A stretch of 64,000 nt of DNA from Raillietiella orientalis (lineage: Eukaryota), in contig JAYWIR010000035.1 of assembly GCA_036172245.1 (NCBI GenBank), forward strand, positions 2,170,001-2,234,000. Direction: 5' to 3'. Below, piece by piece: positions 22,644-35,213 of the stretch. The notes under the pieces are model-generated. The model saw only the letters and a list, made by a program, of their open reading frames with translations, was not told where the DNA came from and searched no databases. Position numbers and translations under genes: made by a program. Every line of letters begins with the position of its first letter. Within the stretch, counting starts at the first letter, position 1.

Positions 22644-25600
22644 TCACCGGGTTGGCCGCTGATGAGGGTGTGTAAACCGGCGGTGTATTGCGGCGAGATT
22701 CCTCTTTGCCTCCTCTGTCAAATGAGGCCATCTAGCGGATGCTCCCATGTAGAAGGATGCTTTGCTGATTACCTCTTGGTGCTGTCCGTTGATTACCAAC
22801 GCCAGGCGGACGGAAACTATCGCGCGTATGCAACCGATGGTTGCAATCCTTGCGCTTAGTGAAAGCCCGCTCGGCGTGAAGAATCGTCGCAGCAAGTCTC
22901 TTGCGGTGTCCACGGGATGCAATAGTGCTGTTGCCAGCGTACGCCACAGTCCTTGTAGGACACCGCAGTCCAGAAGTAGGTGCGGGATCGACTCCGTCGA
23001 TCCGTACCGAACGCAGTTCGCAGACGCAAGTCCCCCGGAGTCACGATGCCAACGCTCGTTGCACTGAAAACCCCAGTGAACGAAAAGCAGCACGGCTTGT
23101 TTCCAAGCAAGGGGGAGCAGCGAACTGTCCATACACTGTGGAGGGACTACAAGTTCTTCGGGGGTGACAGCAAGTTCTTCTGCCCACCGGAGGAGTCCCT
23201 TTGCAGTAACAAGAGGAGTGACGGCGTCCGCCAACTCACTTGTCTTCCAGGTGCCAAGGAGTTTGGTTCTTCCCGCTATCGTGCAGCAAACCTCCCACCT
23301 CGCCGGTTGGTAACTGTTGTTTCTTGCCCTGAGGGCAGACAGCGCTGCGGCAAGAGGCGTGGCAGCCAGGGTAGAAAATTTCACCTCGTCCTGCAGTACT
23401 TCTTCCAAGGATCGTGGAAAAAATTGGCGCAGGGGGCGAAGATCTTCAGGGCGTATTCCTTAGAACGCCGCCCAGGATTCAACAGACTCCTGCCGCGAAA
23501 CTTCAAAGTTCATTGGGCGGCAGGAGATCCAAGAGTGTGCTTCCAGAAATGCGGTCAACTGCCGCAATGGAAAACCGAAACCCCGCTTCCTGTATTGAGT
23601 GCCCGGCAAAAGCGAGAGAAATCCTCCGCTGCCGGCGCATCTCCGCAGGAGAATGCGAGCTGGCACACACAGGGGGGATGTCCAGAGCTGGGCACACAGT
23701 GCCAGCAGTCGGAACTGCACCTGCAGTCCGATTCGCTCCATTGTCAGGATACCCAAACCAGCATCCCGACGCGGAGCTGACAAATCTTAAAGGCGGATCC
23801 TGGATCTCGCCGGACCCCAGAGAGCGTTCCTGAGCAGGCGCTTAGCCCGCTGTTTTGCCGCATAGGGGGGGTCCAAAACAAAAAACAGGGGACGGAGGAG
23901 GGGGGCCACAAAGGTGTTCCAAATAGTCGCCCGTTCCTGCAACGTAAACTTGCCGTTAAAGAACGGGCTGATGGCCAACTCTGCTTTCTGAAGACAGTCC
24001 GCCCACGCTTCGGCTGCGCCGAAAGCGCCCAACGGAACGCCAAGGTACTTAAAGTACCCGCCCGTGGGGATCCCCAGGCGGATTCAGTCGGACTGCCCCT
24101 CCAACGACGTACCCACAGGAACGACCACGCTCTTCTCTCTGTTCACGCTCACGCCCGCTCCCCGACGAATCAGGTCGAAGAAATCCTCGACACTGGACGC
24201 CGGGGTGGACATGGGGAGCAGAAGAAGCAGGTCATCAGTGTAGGCGGCCACGGCAGGCGTTCCCGGGAAGGAGCTTGGCATGTGAGACAGCGTCAGCCTG
24301 TATGCTCTTAGCACCAACTCAAAGAAGATGCTGAAGAGCAACGGGCTTAAGCTGTCGCCCTGTCGGATGCCCCTACGAACAGGGATACCATACACGCGGC
24401 AGCCGCTAAAAGTGATGCAGGTTAGCGCGTTGCGCCAGCACGCGCGCAAATACAGCAGGAGTTGCGCCGGGAACCCAAGGCGTTCCATAAGCTCCAAAAG
24501 CAGCTTCTGGTTTACGCAGTCGAACGCCTTGTGGAGATCGACCGCGACCGCCAAGGCACCTGGCGTTCCCTCCTGCCGTCGGCGCCTGTTCTTTTTGCCT
24601 GCGGCAGTGACTTTCGCAGCAGCCTGGCTTTGTTGCGCCACAACATCCTGCAGCTGCATCCATGTACGCGCGAAAAGGATGTTTGCCTCCATGGATCGTC
24701 CCGGAACCGCGTAGGTTTGTTCCGGGCTCACCACAGATTCCGCGATTCTTCCTAACCGCGCGACCCACAGCTTTGAAAACAACTTGACGTCCGAGTTCAC
24801 CAAGGTGATCGGACGCCAGTTGTTAAGTTGGCGCAAGTCTCCGCCTTTCGGCAGGAGACGCACCTTCGCTGAGCGGAAGGAATCAGGGACATTCCCGGAT
24901 TCACTCATCAGCGTCGCGAGTTTAAGCATCAAGGGAATGAGCTCCACTGCAAAGCACTGATAAAACTCTGCAGGGGATCCATCCTCGCCTGGCGCCTTTC
25001 GTCTCTTCAGCTCAGCGATGGCGGACGAAAATTCATCCGCCGTGAAGGGCTCGTCGAGACGTTCGCGTTCCTCCTCGCCGACAACACGAGCATCCTGAGA
25101 CAGGAGTATCTCAGAAAGAATATCCTCCGTCGGGGATTCCGCGTAGAGCGAGGAGTAGGAGCGTCTCACAATGCGGCGTACTTCGGCTGGGGCCGAACAT
25201 TCCTGGCCCTTGTCGTCCAACAGGCATGCTGCTCCGGACTGCCAGACCTGGCGCTCGGCCTTCGCCTTGTACTCTGCGAGACGCCCGACATCCGCGCGTC
25301 TCGAAAACGTGCGGGCCTGCAGAAAGTCTCTACTGTTGGCCACGCCCTCTCCGAAACCGCGTGGAAGCCGGTGCAAGGGGAATTGGCAACAGAACTCGCG
25401 GACAGATCTTTTGAGATCGTCCCAGTCCGCAAGTTCTTGAATGGCAAAGCCCCGGAGGTATCCACGTAGATGCTTCGCAGCCTCCGGTTGCCTAAGCCAA
25501 TCCGCCTGCATCCTCCAGCTTTGCAACGGAGGCCCCCTGCCTGGCGGAAGGATCTCAAACTCCAGCCTGTGGTGGTGAGAAAGCTCAGTCAACACTCTTC

Positions 25601-26237
25601 CTCTCCTACCCACACGCGAATGCAGGTTTTCATCGAGGAAAACGTGATCGAGCGATCTTTCCATTCCAGGTTCGCTGACCATCAAGTTGGCGGCGTGCAC
25701 GGACGCGCACATCTCGATGGGCAGCGCGCGCTCCCTCGGGCGGCTCCAATCGTCGGAGAGCAGGCGGACGTTGACGTCCCCAGCGACGAGGTGCGCCACT
25801 TGGAAGCCGGAGCTGTTGAGCCACTGGCTCTGCACCTCACCAAAGAAAGCTACTCTTTCTTCGAGGTAGCGAGAGCCACTCGGCGCGTAGACGTTCGTAA
25901 CGACGAGATCGATGGACTCGGACCACTTGATGACAAGCTGGCCTATCCGTCCGTTGTCATCGAAACGAACACTACGCACCGCTTCCGCCATTTTTCCTCT
26001 TACGAGGAACGCGAGGCCGCACGTGTGTGCGCCGCCGCACCGCCAATGTAGCGTTCCGCCTGCGCGCTCCTCGATTTCGGCTGCCTGCTCGTCGGAGATT
26101 ACGGGAATCTCCTGCAGCAGCGCGAGGTCGAAGGGGCGCAGGGCGTTGGCTACTAATCGCCTCTTCTCGTCGTTCTGCAGTCCGTTCACGTTCCAACACG
26201 TTACGGACAGACGACGAGAAGACGCGATTCCCCGCAT
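22644..26237 (-). pseudogene. ORF2 of F2 (APE-RT-CCHC)
   Basis: 717-aa ORF with APE and RT motifs (YTDD); premature stop at 24084 and further stops downstream. Confidence 0.9.
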
Positions 26238-28141
26238 TACTGCTGGGAAGGTGGCAGCTTTTTGCTCGCTTTATCCGGCGAGCAGACGGCGAGCAGCACG
26301 ACTGGCTGGAGGGGACGGTCGCCACCGTCCTCTGTCGTGCTGCATGCATGTAATGCCTCCACGCCAGGCTGAACCCCGTCGTGTTTCGTGGAGACTTCGC
26401 GTTGCTTCGCGGCGAGCGTTGCCTGGCTGCCTACTTTTGATCGGCGCGCACACGCTGTCGAACGAGTTGTCCTCGTCTCGGTGATCGGAACGGCATCCAT
26501 TTCAGAGTCCCACCGGCGCATGTTCGATCGGGTTTCGGCCTTCCGCGAAGCAGTGACAGGTTCTGCTGGATTGACAGCTGTCCTGTTTTCGTTTTCCGTC
26601 ACCAGAGCATCGCTTTTGGTGACGGCTGCTTTCCCGGCGCGCGCGTTTTCAGCGTGCTCACGCGCAGTTGCACGAGGGACCTTTGCTGAAGTCTTCTTTA
26701 CTTCATTACGGTTCCTCACTTCGCGTGGCGCCGTAAATGGAGATTGTGCTCCATGGCCATCTTTGAAGCCATCCTCGTCTTTGGACGGGAGCACTTTCGA
26801 TGGCTCCGACACGCTCGTCATGGACGCTGCTTTCGGAAGGGCTTTTAATCCCTTCGTTGGCATGGCATCCGCGCCAGTCGAGAGCTTGATCTCCGACTGC
26901 GACGGCGTGAGATTTTTCTCCGCTTTCGCGGTGTTGGATCGCGACGCGGATTTTTTTTTGCCGACTTTCGAAGTCGACACGGCGCAACCCTTCTTACCCG
27001 ATTTGGGCTTCTCAGCCACTGCAGGAGGTGAAGGAATGGATCTGACGGTACTGGAAGTGTCCTTACCGCCGTTGTCCATTGGCGTCCCCGCCGGTTGCTC
27101 GAACTCCGAGAGAGCCGGGCGTGCTTGGGAAGGACAGCTATTGCGCCTAGGGGGACTTACCATTGCCCCGGATTCCCCGCACCCTTTCTTTTGCGGCTCC
27201 CCTGCCGCGAGGCGGGGTGCGCAGGGCTTCGCGTGCAAGGTTTCCTGCTGCTTTGGGGCGACATTCCGCCTCGCGTTTTTTCGGAATTTCTGCCGTGGGG
27301 TCTCCAGGTTTTTCGCAGATTTTTTCTTTTTATCCGCGCTTTGTTTTTCAAAATGGAGCTCCGCGGCTGCCTTTTTTCGCAAAAGATCCAGGCAATTTTT
27401 CAATTGGTGCACGGATAGTTTGCAATAACGGCATTTTCCAGAGGGGCATTTATCCAAAGAATGCCCCTCCTTCCCGCATTGATCGCACGTTTTTACTTTG
27501 CCCACGAACCACAGGTGAACGACCGTGTCTTTCACCTGTAGTTTGGTGGGCAGCAGACGGCGTTCCGGCATTGTAAGCCGGACTCCAGCGACTCCGCTGT
27601 GTATGGACAAGAAGTCCTTGAGGTTGCTACGCACCCTCCACAGCGCATGGACCGTGGCGAATTTCGCCAACGCGTTCCGAATATCAGTATCGGAGATTTC
27701 CGACTCGATGTCGAAAATCTCCACCACAAATGAGTCGTCCATGGCGGCCGGGAAGAACTTCTGGCCACGGATCGACAACAAGGTGCGCAGCAAGCGTTGC
27801 ACAAGTGCAGCGTCTTTGCAACGCACCTTGAAATAGCCCATGTCTTTTACGGGCATAATGGCGAGAAGGTCCTCCTCCCGCACGCCAACACGGTTCAGTT
27901 CATCGTTGAAGTGATTCCCGTCGCGCGCAGAAAGAAAACCACTCACCTTATATCGGAGAGCAGGTCTATAGCCTTGGGCTACGTATGCCCGCAACTCCGA
28001 CTCGTCGAGTGGTTTCCCTTTGACGGCTGCTGTGGCAGCAACGTCAGCAAAACTCCTCTCCATTGGCGGGAAAGACGAAGTGGAGGCGGCCGTCGGTTCT
28101 GCGATTGCAGATCCGGATGCTGTTCCTCCAACTTCGACCAA
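26237..28141 (-). CDS. ORF1 of F2
   Basis: 634 aa with CDQCGKEGHSLDKC knuckle; TAATG overlap with ORF2. The true start may lie slightly upstream across a frameshift. Confidence 0.8.
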   Translation of the reverse strand: MVEVGGTASGSAIAEPTAASTSSFPPMERSFADVAATAAVKGKPLDESELRAYVAQGYRPALRYKVSGFLSARDGNHFNDELNRVGVREEDLLAIMPVKDMGYFKVRCKDAALVQRLLRTLLSIRGQKFFPAAMDDSFVVEIFDIESEISDTDIRNALAKFATVHALWRVRSNLKDFLSIHSGVAGVRLTMPERRLLPTKLQVKDTVVHLWFVGKVKTCDQCGKEGHSLDKCPSGKCRYCKLSVHQLKNCLDLLRKKAAAELHFEKQSADKKKKSAKNLETPRQKFRKNARRNVAPKQQETLHAKPCAPRLAAGEPQKKGCGESGAMVSPPRRNSCPSQARPALSEFEQPAGTPMDNGGKDTSSTVRSIPSPPAVAEKPKSGKKGCAVSTSKVGKKKSASRSNTAKAEKNLTPSQSEIKLSTGADAMPTKGLKALPKAASMTSVSEPSKVLPSKDEDGFKDGHGAQSPFTAPREVRNRNEVKKTSAKVPRATAREHAENARAGKAAVTKSDALVTENENRTAVNPAEPVTASRKAETRSNMRRWDSEMDAVPITETRTTRSTACARRSKVGSQATLAAKQREVSTKHDGVQPGVEALHACSTTEDGGDRPLQPVVLLAVCSPDKASKKLPPSQQ

Positions 28142-31100
28142 GTAGCTTCAAGTTGGGTCGACATCGTCGTCAAAATGTACGACGCCAAGATGAAGCGGAT
28201 GAAAGCACGGAGACGAGAGCGAAGAAAAACACGTCCGCACTCGATTGAAATCTCCTGCTATCAGGTGAGCCTTTCGCACCTTGGTATTCGCCAGCCAGTC
28301 GCGTTTCAGGGTTTCCAGCAGCCTGGTGCGGTCGCGGTACCCCTGTTTGCCGCTGGGGCCATACACGTTTGTGACCATTAGGTCGATCGAGTCGGACCAG
28401 CTGAGAATCAGCTGACCGATCCGACCGTCGTCATCAAACCGCACGCCCTTTACGTCAGCGTCGATGGCCGGCTTCACGAAGAACGCGACCCCGCATGTGT
28501 TGCGGAAGCCGCATCGCCAATACAATCGACCCCCCACGATCGTCTCGATCTCCTGGGCGTCTCCCGCGGTGATCACGTGGATCTCTTGCAGCAGCGCAAG
28601 GTCGAGCTCACGCAGGGTGTCGGCCGTATCTCGCCTGTTGCCGTCGTCGCGCAGCGCGTTGACGTTCCAACAGGCCGCGCGAATGCGACGGCGACTGGCG
28701 AGCCCAGGTGTTAGTCCTGGGAAAATGGCGATGCGGCGTCCGCCACCTGCTGGGGCGGGACGCTAGGTGGAGGGGGAGGGGGGACAGGTACTGAAGGCAC
28801 CTTTTCCTCCTCCTCCATCGGTGCCGGCGCGTCGGCCGGATCACCCGCACGTGGAGTCGCGCCTACTTCCATCGCGGTGTCCTCTGGCAACGCTGCCATC
28901 CGACACCGACGATGTGCACGCACAAATCACTCAAGAAGAAAAAACACTCGCTTTGCCACGCAGGCGGAGCGCAGGAAAAGAACGTCCGCTCTCCACAGCC
29001 GGGCTTCGGCATTGTCAACCGGGTACGCCGGGGCGTTTATTTGTAAAATCTACATGCGTGGTACGAGGCCCCACCACGGCCGTAAACACGCGACCTGTCC
29101 GGACACCGGGACGCAGCCCTTCGTGGCACTCCCCAACAGCGAAGGGGGATGGGAATAAGACAAAAAGAAAAATAAAAAGAAACAAACAAAAAGAAGTTGG
29201 AGGGCAGGGAAGGGATCACTGGTCGCTGTGAGGAGGGCCCATCCGTCGAACGAAGCCCTTGAGGTCAGTCTGCATATTCCCCAGTTGGGGCCATCCGGCA
29301 GCTCTTCGCAAGAAGCTATGGGCATACGTGATGACATCCCTCGCCTGTGGACCCACTCCTTCGTTGCTGGCGTCGCTCCATGCCGCCACGATGCCACGGA
29401 CGCAGCACAAGGCTGCGATGGCTGCGGCTGGCTGCAGTGCGTCCTTCACGAAGAGGGGCCGAAGAACGTCTCTGGGGGTGCTGCCCGTAGGGAGCCCGAG
29501 GGTCGTCCCGAACCGTTCCCAAAGGCGTCGGAGGGCAGCACAATCCACAATAGGGTGAAGAAGCGACTCCCGCTCCCCGCACCTGGCACACGCAGGATCC
29601 ACAGCTCCCCTCGTCTACTGGAAGCTGCGCGGGTTGCAGGGTAGACCCCAGTGCAACAAAAGCAACGCCGACTCTTGCCACTTGAGGGGCAGGATCCTGG
29701 ATTCCTTCATCACCGGGGGCCACTTCAGCTCATCCCTGGGGATGGCGAGCAGCTCGCCCCATCTTAATAATCCTCGCGGCTGCATGCTCGGGGTCGTGGC
29801 GTCGGCCAGTTCTCCTGTTGTCCAGCCGCTGATCAACTTCTCGCGTCCCTCGATGCAGCAGGAGACTTGCCACCTTGGCGTCCGGGTGCTGTGAAGTGCC
29901 CTCCTTAGGAAGGGCAGCGCCGTAGCTAGGCAGGTCGTCTCTGCCCAGGTGCATCTTGCTGGACTCTCCAGGAGATTCCGCAGCGTGCCGCGGGCGTAGG
30001 GGCTGCATCGGAGACGATTCCACGTCTCGTGGCTTGTCTGGTTAACCACTGCCCACGTTCCAATATTCTCCTCCAGCCAGGCGGGAGAGTTGCCGGGGCA
30101 GCAAACCATCCAGCTGTTCTCCTTGGCCAATGTTGCCATGCGCCAGAGCAGTAGGCTGCTTCTTCGCATCTTGCGGACACGGGTCAGAAGAAAAGACGCG
30201 AGTCCATCGCACCGGCATACACGGCTGGACAGGAGGCGGGCCGGAGTGCACCAAGGGGTGCTCCACATCTTTGCTGCGATGGCGAGGGTTCGCCACCGCA
30301 GCTGCTTCTCCACGCACTCCGGCGTCAGGAGGCCAAAACCGCCGTCCCGACGAGAAGCGAACAAGTCCTTCGGTAAGAATCGGGGCCTTCCCTTGCCCCA
30401 AAGGGCGATACGGAGGAGATCCTTCGTCCTCTTCTTGGATTCCACGGTGGGGGGGCAAACAAAAAGCAAGGGGCGGAGGATGGGGGCCGCGAAGGCGTTC
30501 CAAACCGCGGCCCGTTCCGGGATGCGAAACTTGCCTTCCAGGAACGGGCCGATCGCCGTCTCGACTTTTTGGAGGCAGCTGGACCACGCTTCCGCAGGGG
30601 AGTAGTCCCCAAACGGCACACCAAGGTACTTGAAGCACCTCGCGGTGGGGATCCCCAGACGGAGCCAGTCCTGCTGCCCTGCCCAAGCCGCACCTATTGG
30701 CACAACCAACGACTTCGAACTGTTAACCTGCAGTCCGGTCCCGCGGTTGAGCAGATCGAAGAAGTCTCCGACCGCCATTGCCGGGGTGGACATTGGCAAC
30801 AAGAGCAGAAGATCGTCGGCGTACGCTGCAACGGCGGGCGTGCCGGGGCACGAGCTCGGCAGTGGGGCCAGAGTCACCCTGTACGCTCTCAGCACCAACT
30901 CAAAATAGGAGCTGAAGAGCAGGGAACTGAGGCTATCGCCCTGCCTTATGCCCTGCCGCACCGGCACGCCATGCACCTTGTGACCGCTGAAAGAGACGGT
31001 AATTATCGCATTCCGCTAGCAAGAGCGCAGGTAAGAAATCAGGGAGAGTGGAAAGCCCATGCGACCCAGGAGCTGCAAGAGGAGTTCCTGGTCTACACAG

Positions 31101-34100
31101 TCGAACGCATTGTGGAGATCGACTGCGAGCGCTATGGCCCCCTTTTTCCGCCCGGGGGTCCCTTTCCATCCCGGCTGGCGGCCCCAATGTGGAGTTGCCG
31201 ACTTTCCCTATCCCTTTCTTTTGTCTTCTGTGCAGGTGCACCCATGTGCTTGCGAAGAAGAGGTTGGCATCCATACTTCGCCCAAGAACAGCATAAGTCT
31301 GCTCCGGGCTAATTACGGATTCTGCCACCTGCCCCAGACGCGAAGCCCATAGCCCTGCTATCAACTTGGCGTCCGTATTCACGATCGTAATCGGACGCCA
31401 GTTCTTTAAATCCCTGAGGTCTCCCCCTTTCGGAAGGAGCCTCACTCTGGCTGACCGAAACGATGCGGGAACATCGCCTTCGTCTCGGATCAGCCTGCTC
31501 AACTTAAGCAGCAGGGGTGCCAGCTGTTCTGCGAAGCTCTGAAAGAACTCCGCGGGCAAGCCGTCTTCCCCTGGAGCTTTACACCTCTTGAGCCTGTTGA
31601 TACCGGCGAGAATTTCGCTGGTGTTAAAAGGCTCGTCGAGGCTTTCCATCTTTTCCTCCTTTATTGCCGGGGCGCCATCCGGAAGCAAGCGGCGAGAGGC
31701 GTTTCGATCCGGGGGCTCCCTGTTGTAAAGGGAGGAATAGAAACTCAGCACGAGATGCCGTAGCGACGCCGGGGACGAACATTCCCGGCCCTTGTCGTCC
31801 AGCAAGCTGGCCGACCCGGATTGCCAGGCTTGGCGTTCGGTCCCGGCGCGGTACTCGGCCAGGCGACGGACATTAGGGGTTCTCTCGTACCTACGAGCCT
31901 GTAAATAGGCCCGATGGTTGCAAGCACCCTCGTTGAATCCGAGGGGCAGGCGATCCAAGGGGAACTGCTCACAGAACTCGCGGACCGATTCCTTAAAAAG
32001 GTCCCAGTCCTGCAGATTCCGGAGCGTCGAGCGGACGTGTCTTTTGGTTCCTCCTGAGTTCCATTTCCGTTGGTGTTTGTGCGTGGTGTGGGTGGAGGGT
32101 TAGGCAGCAATGCTTGATACCACAACCGGTGAGGATCCGGGGGCGTTGACCTCATTGCCCCCGGAGCAGATGGAGGTGGGGGCTCCCGCATCAGTGGAGG
32201 CTCCCGCCCGCACGGATGCGCCCCCGGCCCTACCCTGGGCTTGGAACGCCGTGGCTGCGGCACCTACGCCAGCGGCTATGGCGGAAATGCGCGCTTACCT
32301 GGAGGAGGGGTATAACCCACCCCTTCTATATAAGGTAGGCGGTCTATATTCTCCCGAGAACGCGCGCTCATTCTCACAGGCGATGCGCGTTCTCGGCGTA
32401 CAGAAAGAGGAGCTTCTGGCTATGTCCGTCAGAAGCGGGGGTCAATTTGTGGAAGTTATCTGCAATGAGGGAACTCTTGCGCAGAGACTTCTGCGAACCC
32501 CCGTAATTATGGGCAGCCGGAGGCTTCTCCCAATTACTGAAGACCGGTCGGTGATCATTAACCTGACCGGTATCACGTTCCGGATGACGAAGGAGGCCGT
32601 CCGGAACGAATTGGAAAAATTCGCAACTGTCCACGCGCTGTGGGGAAAGCCTACTCCTTTTGTCGATTAGGACGGGTTTCTTGGCGGCCTGGGTGCAGCG
32701 CGAGTGACGGTTCGCGAGGGATGTGAGGTTCCCTACAAACTCACCGTCAACGGTGAATCCGTTGACGTGTGGTACGTGGGGAAACCCAAGTTTTGCGGCT
32801 GCTGCAGCAGCTTTGGTCACCTTAAAATGAGGTGTCCGAGCGTGCAGTGCCAGCAATGCAAACACGCGGGGCACACCCGTCTGGTGTGCCCCCAAAACAC
32901 AGTCCGCGTCGTGTCCGCGAAAAACGCGAGAAAGCGCGCGGCTAAAAAGAGGAAAAAGCTGGCAGCTCGTGCTGCTGCTAAGGAGATCACTTCCGCCACC
33001 CAGGCGAAGGCCAGCCCGGAGACCCTGGCGAAAAACGCCGAAAAGGTCGAGGGCGAGGGTCAAGAGCCAGGGTGGCAGGAGGTCGATCCCAAGAAAAACA
33101 CCCATAAGAAAAGAAAGAACGTGGCAAAACGGAGCGAAACCGCTCTGCGCCGCGAAAAAATTAAAAGCTGCTGCGTCGTTGTATAGCGGATTCCCGCCAT
33201 CGACGAATGCGGCGCTAAAGAACTCGCTGCTGCCCCTGCTCAACCCTCCGTTGACAAAGTCAACAAGGAGAAGAGCGAGGCGGCGGCGTCCGTCATTGAG
33301 CTCACGCTCGATGACGTCGCCTTCGAGCGCGCCGCGGAGGAGCTGGCTGCCTCGTTGGAGCCGGTTGCCCCCAAGGCTGGCAAGAAGGCCGTCAGGCGTC
33401 CGGCTTCCCCTCAGGAGTCGGCCACTTCCGACCCCGAGGTGAAGGCCGGAAACACAGCATCCATCTCCGCGGCACCCCGCAAAAAGGCAGGACGAAAGTC
33501 CACAATGTCCCTTAAGATCGTCTCCCCCGACGAAGGGGAAGAGATGGCTTCCGGTAGCGAGGGTGCCATGAGCGTGGGAAAATCCCGGGACCCGTCGCCC
33601 GAGAGAATTCCACTCTCGGACACGGAGGGGATGGTGAGGATGGAGGCCGAACAGGTACCCCAGGCGCCTGAAGAGGCCTCCGTCCTCGTACCGATGGACC
33701 TGTCCTACACCTGCCCCGCGGCAGGTGCCGCGACGCCACTTTCCCAGCCTTAATGCCGGGAATCGCCTCTCGCCGTCGTCTTCTGATCGCCTGTTGGAAC
33801 GTGAACTGGCTAAGCGACGACGGCAAGAGGCATGACGTGGCCGCCACCCTGGCATCCTTCGACCTGGTGCTGCTGCAGGAGATCCCCGTGATCTCCGCAG
33901 ATCAAGCCCGGAAGATCGAACGGATCTCGGGTGGGCGGATGTTGTGGCGTTGCGGCACCGCGAAATCAAGCGGTGTCGCCTTCCTGCTTCGGCCAGCCAT
34001 CGAGACCGCAATAAAGGACGTTCGGTTCGATGACGCAGGTCGCGTCGGTCAACTGACTCTCAGCTGGTCCGACTCTATCGACCTGGTCGTCACCAACCTA

Positions 34101-35213
34101 TACGCTCCTAGCGGAAATAACGCGTTGAAGGCGAAGGCAAGAAGGGAATTCTACCTTGCCCTGAGACGCGATTGGCTGACCGATGCAGGAGTTCGCAAAG
34201 CGCACCTGATCGCAGGTGATTTCAACCTGCGGCTGCTTTCAGGTGCGCCGGATACACTGAACGACCGCGTCAACGAGTTGTGCGCAGAAATGAACACGCG
34301 CAACTTGTTGGCCGGGGAACGGCCATGGAAAGCAGCATCGATCACGTGTACCTTGATCAGCACCTATGCTCTCGGGTGGGCAGGCGCGGCAAGGTACCAT
34401 CCGAGCTGTCGGACCATGGTCGGATCATGTTCGAAGTGCGTCCGCGCGACAAGGGCCCCCCCTCGTCAGCATGGCGTCTGCCAGGGGACTGGCTGAAGTT
34501 TCCCGACGCGGCGGAGCACCTCCGCGCGTTTATTCGGAGCTTCAGGATGCAGACACTTCAGGACTGGGACCGCTTCAAGCGGTCGGTCCAGGAGTTCTGC
34601 GATCAGTTCCCCCTGCATCGCCTACCTGCGGGATTTGGGGAGGGGCCGCGTAACGAAAGGTGCTATCTTCAGGCCCGACGTTACGCGAGAACCCCCGACA
34701 TGCGCAGGTTAGCAGAGTATCGAGCGGGAGCCGAGAGGCAAGCCTGGCAATCCGGGTCGGCCAGCTTGCTGGACGACCAGGGCCGGGAGCACTCGCTTCC
34801 CGCTCAGAAACGCGAGATAGTGAGGAAATTTTCCTCCTCCCTGTACGCCAGGGCGCCTTCGGAGCGAGACGTCTCACGACTTCTGCTTCCGGAAGGTGCT
34901 CCAGCGATCGGGGAGGAGGAGAAAAGAAGCCTTGACGAGCCTTTCACGATGGACGAGATCCTCTCGGCCCTCGGAAAGCTCAAGAGGCGGAAGGCTCCAG
35001 GGGAGGACGGCCTGCCCGCGGAGTTTTACCAAACTTTCGCGGCTGAGCTTACTCCCCTGGTACATCAGCTCACCTTGCTGATCCGTGAAACAGGTGACGT
35101 TCTCACCTCGTTTCGTTCAGCAAAGGTGCGGCTCCTCCCGAAGGGAGGAGACCTAAGGAGCATGAACAACTGCCGTCCCATCACAATAGTGAATGCGGAT
35201 GCCAAGTTGATAG

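Larger units (their letters stand above)
22331..28238 (-). mobile_element. Full-length subfamily F copy 2
   Basis: Both termini present; GATTGAAAT repeated at 22322-22330 and 28243-28251. Confidence 0.92.
18138..28989 (-). mobile_element. Internally deleted D-type copy (D'), surviving as 18138-18190 and 28243-28989; host of F1, the viral block and F2
   Basis: The endonuclease reads HLIAGDFN at 28243 and continues FNFRLLTGEPATQENA at 18190; 5' terminus at 28989; ORF1 reduced to about 70 codons. Confidence 0.8.
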
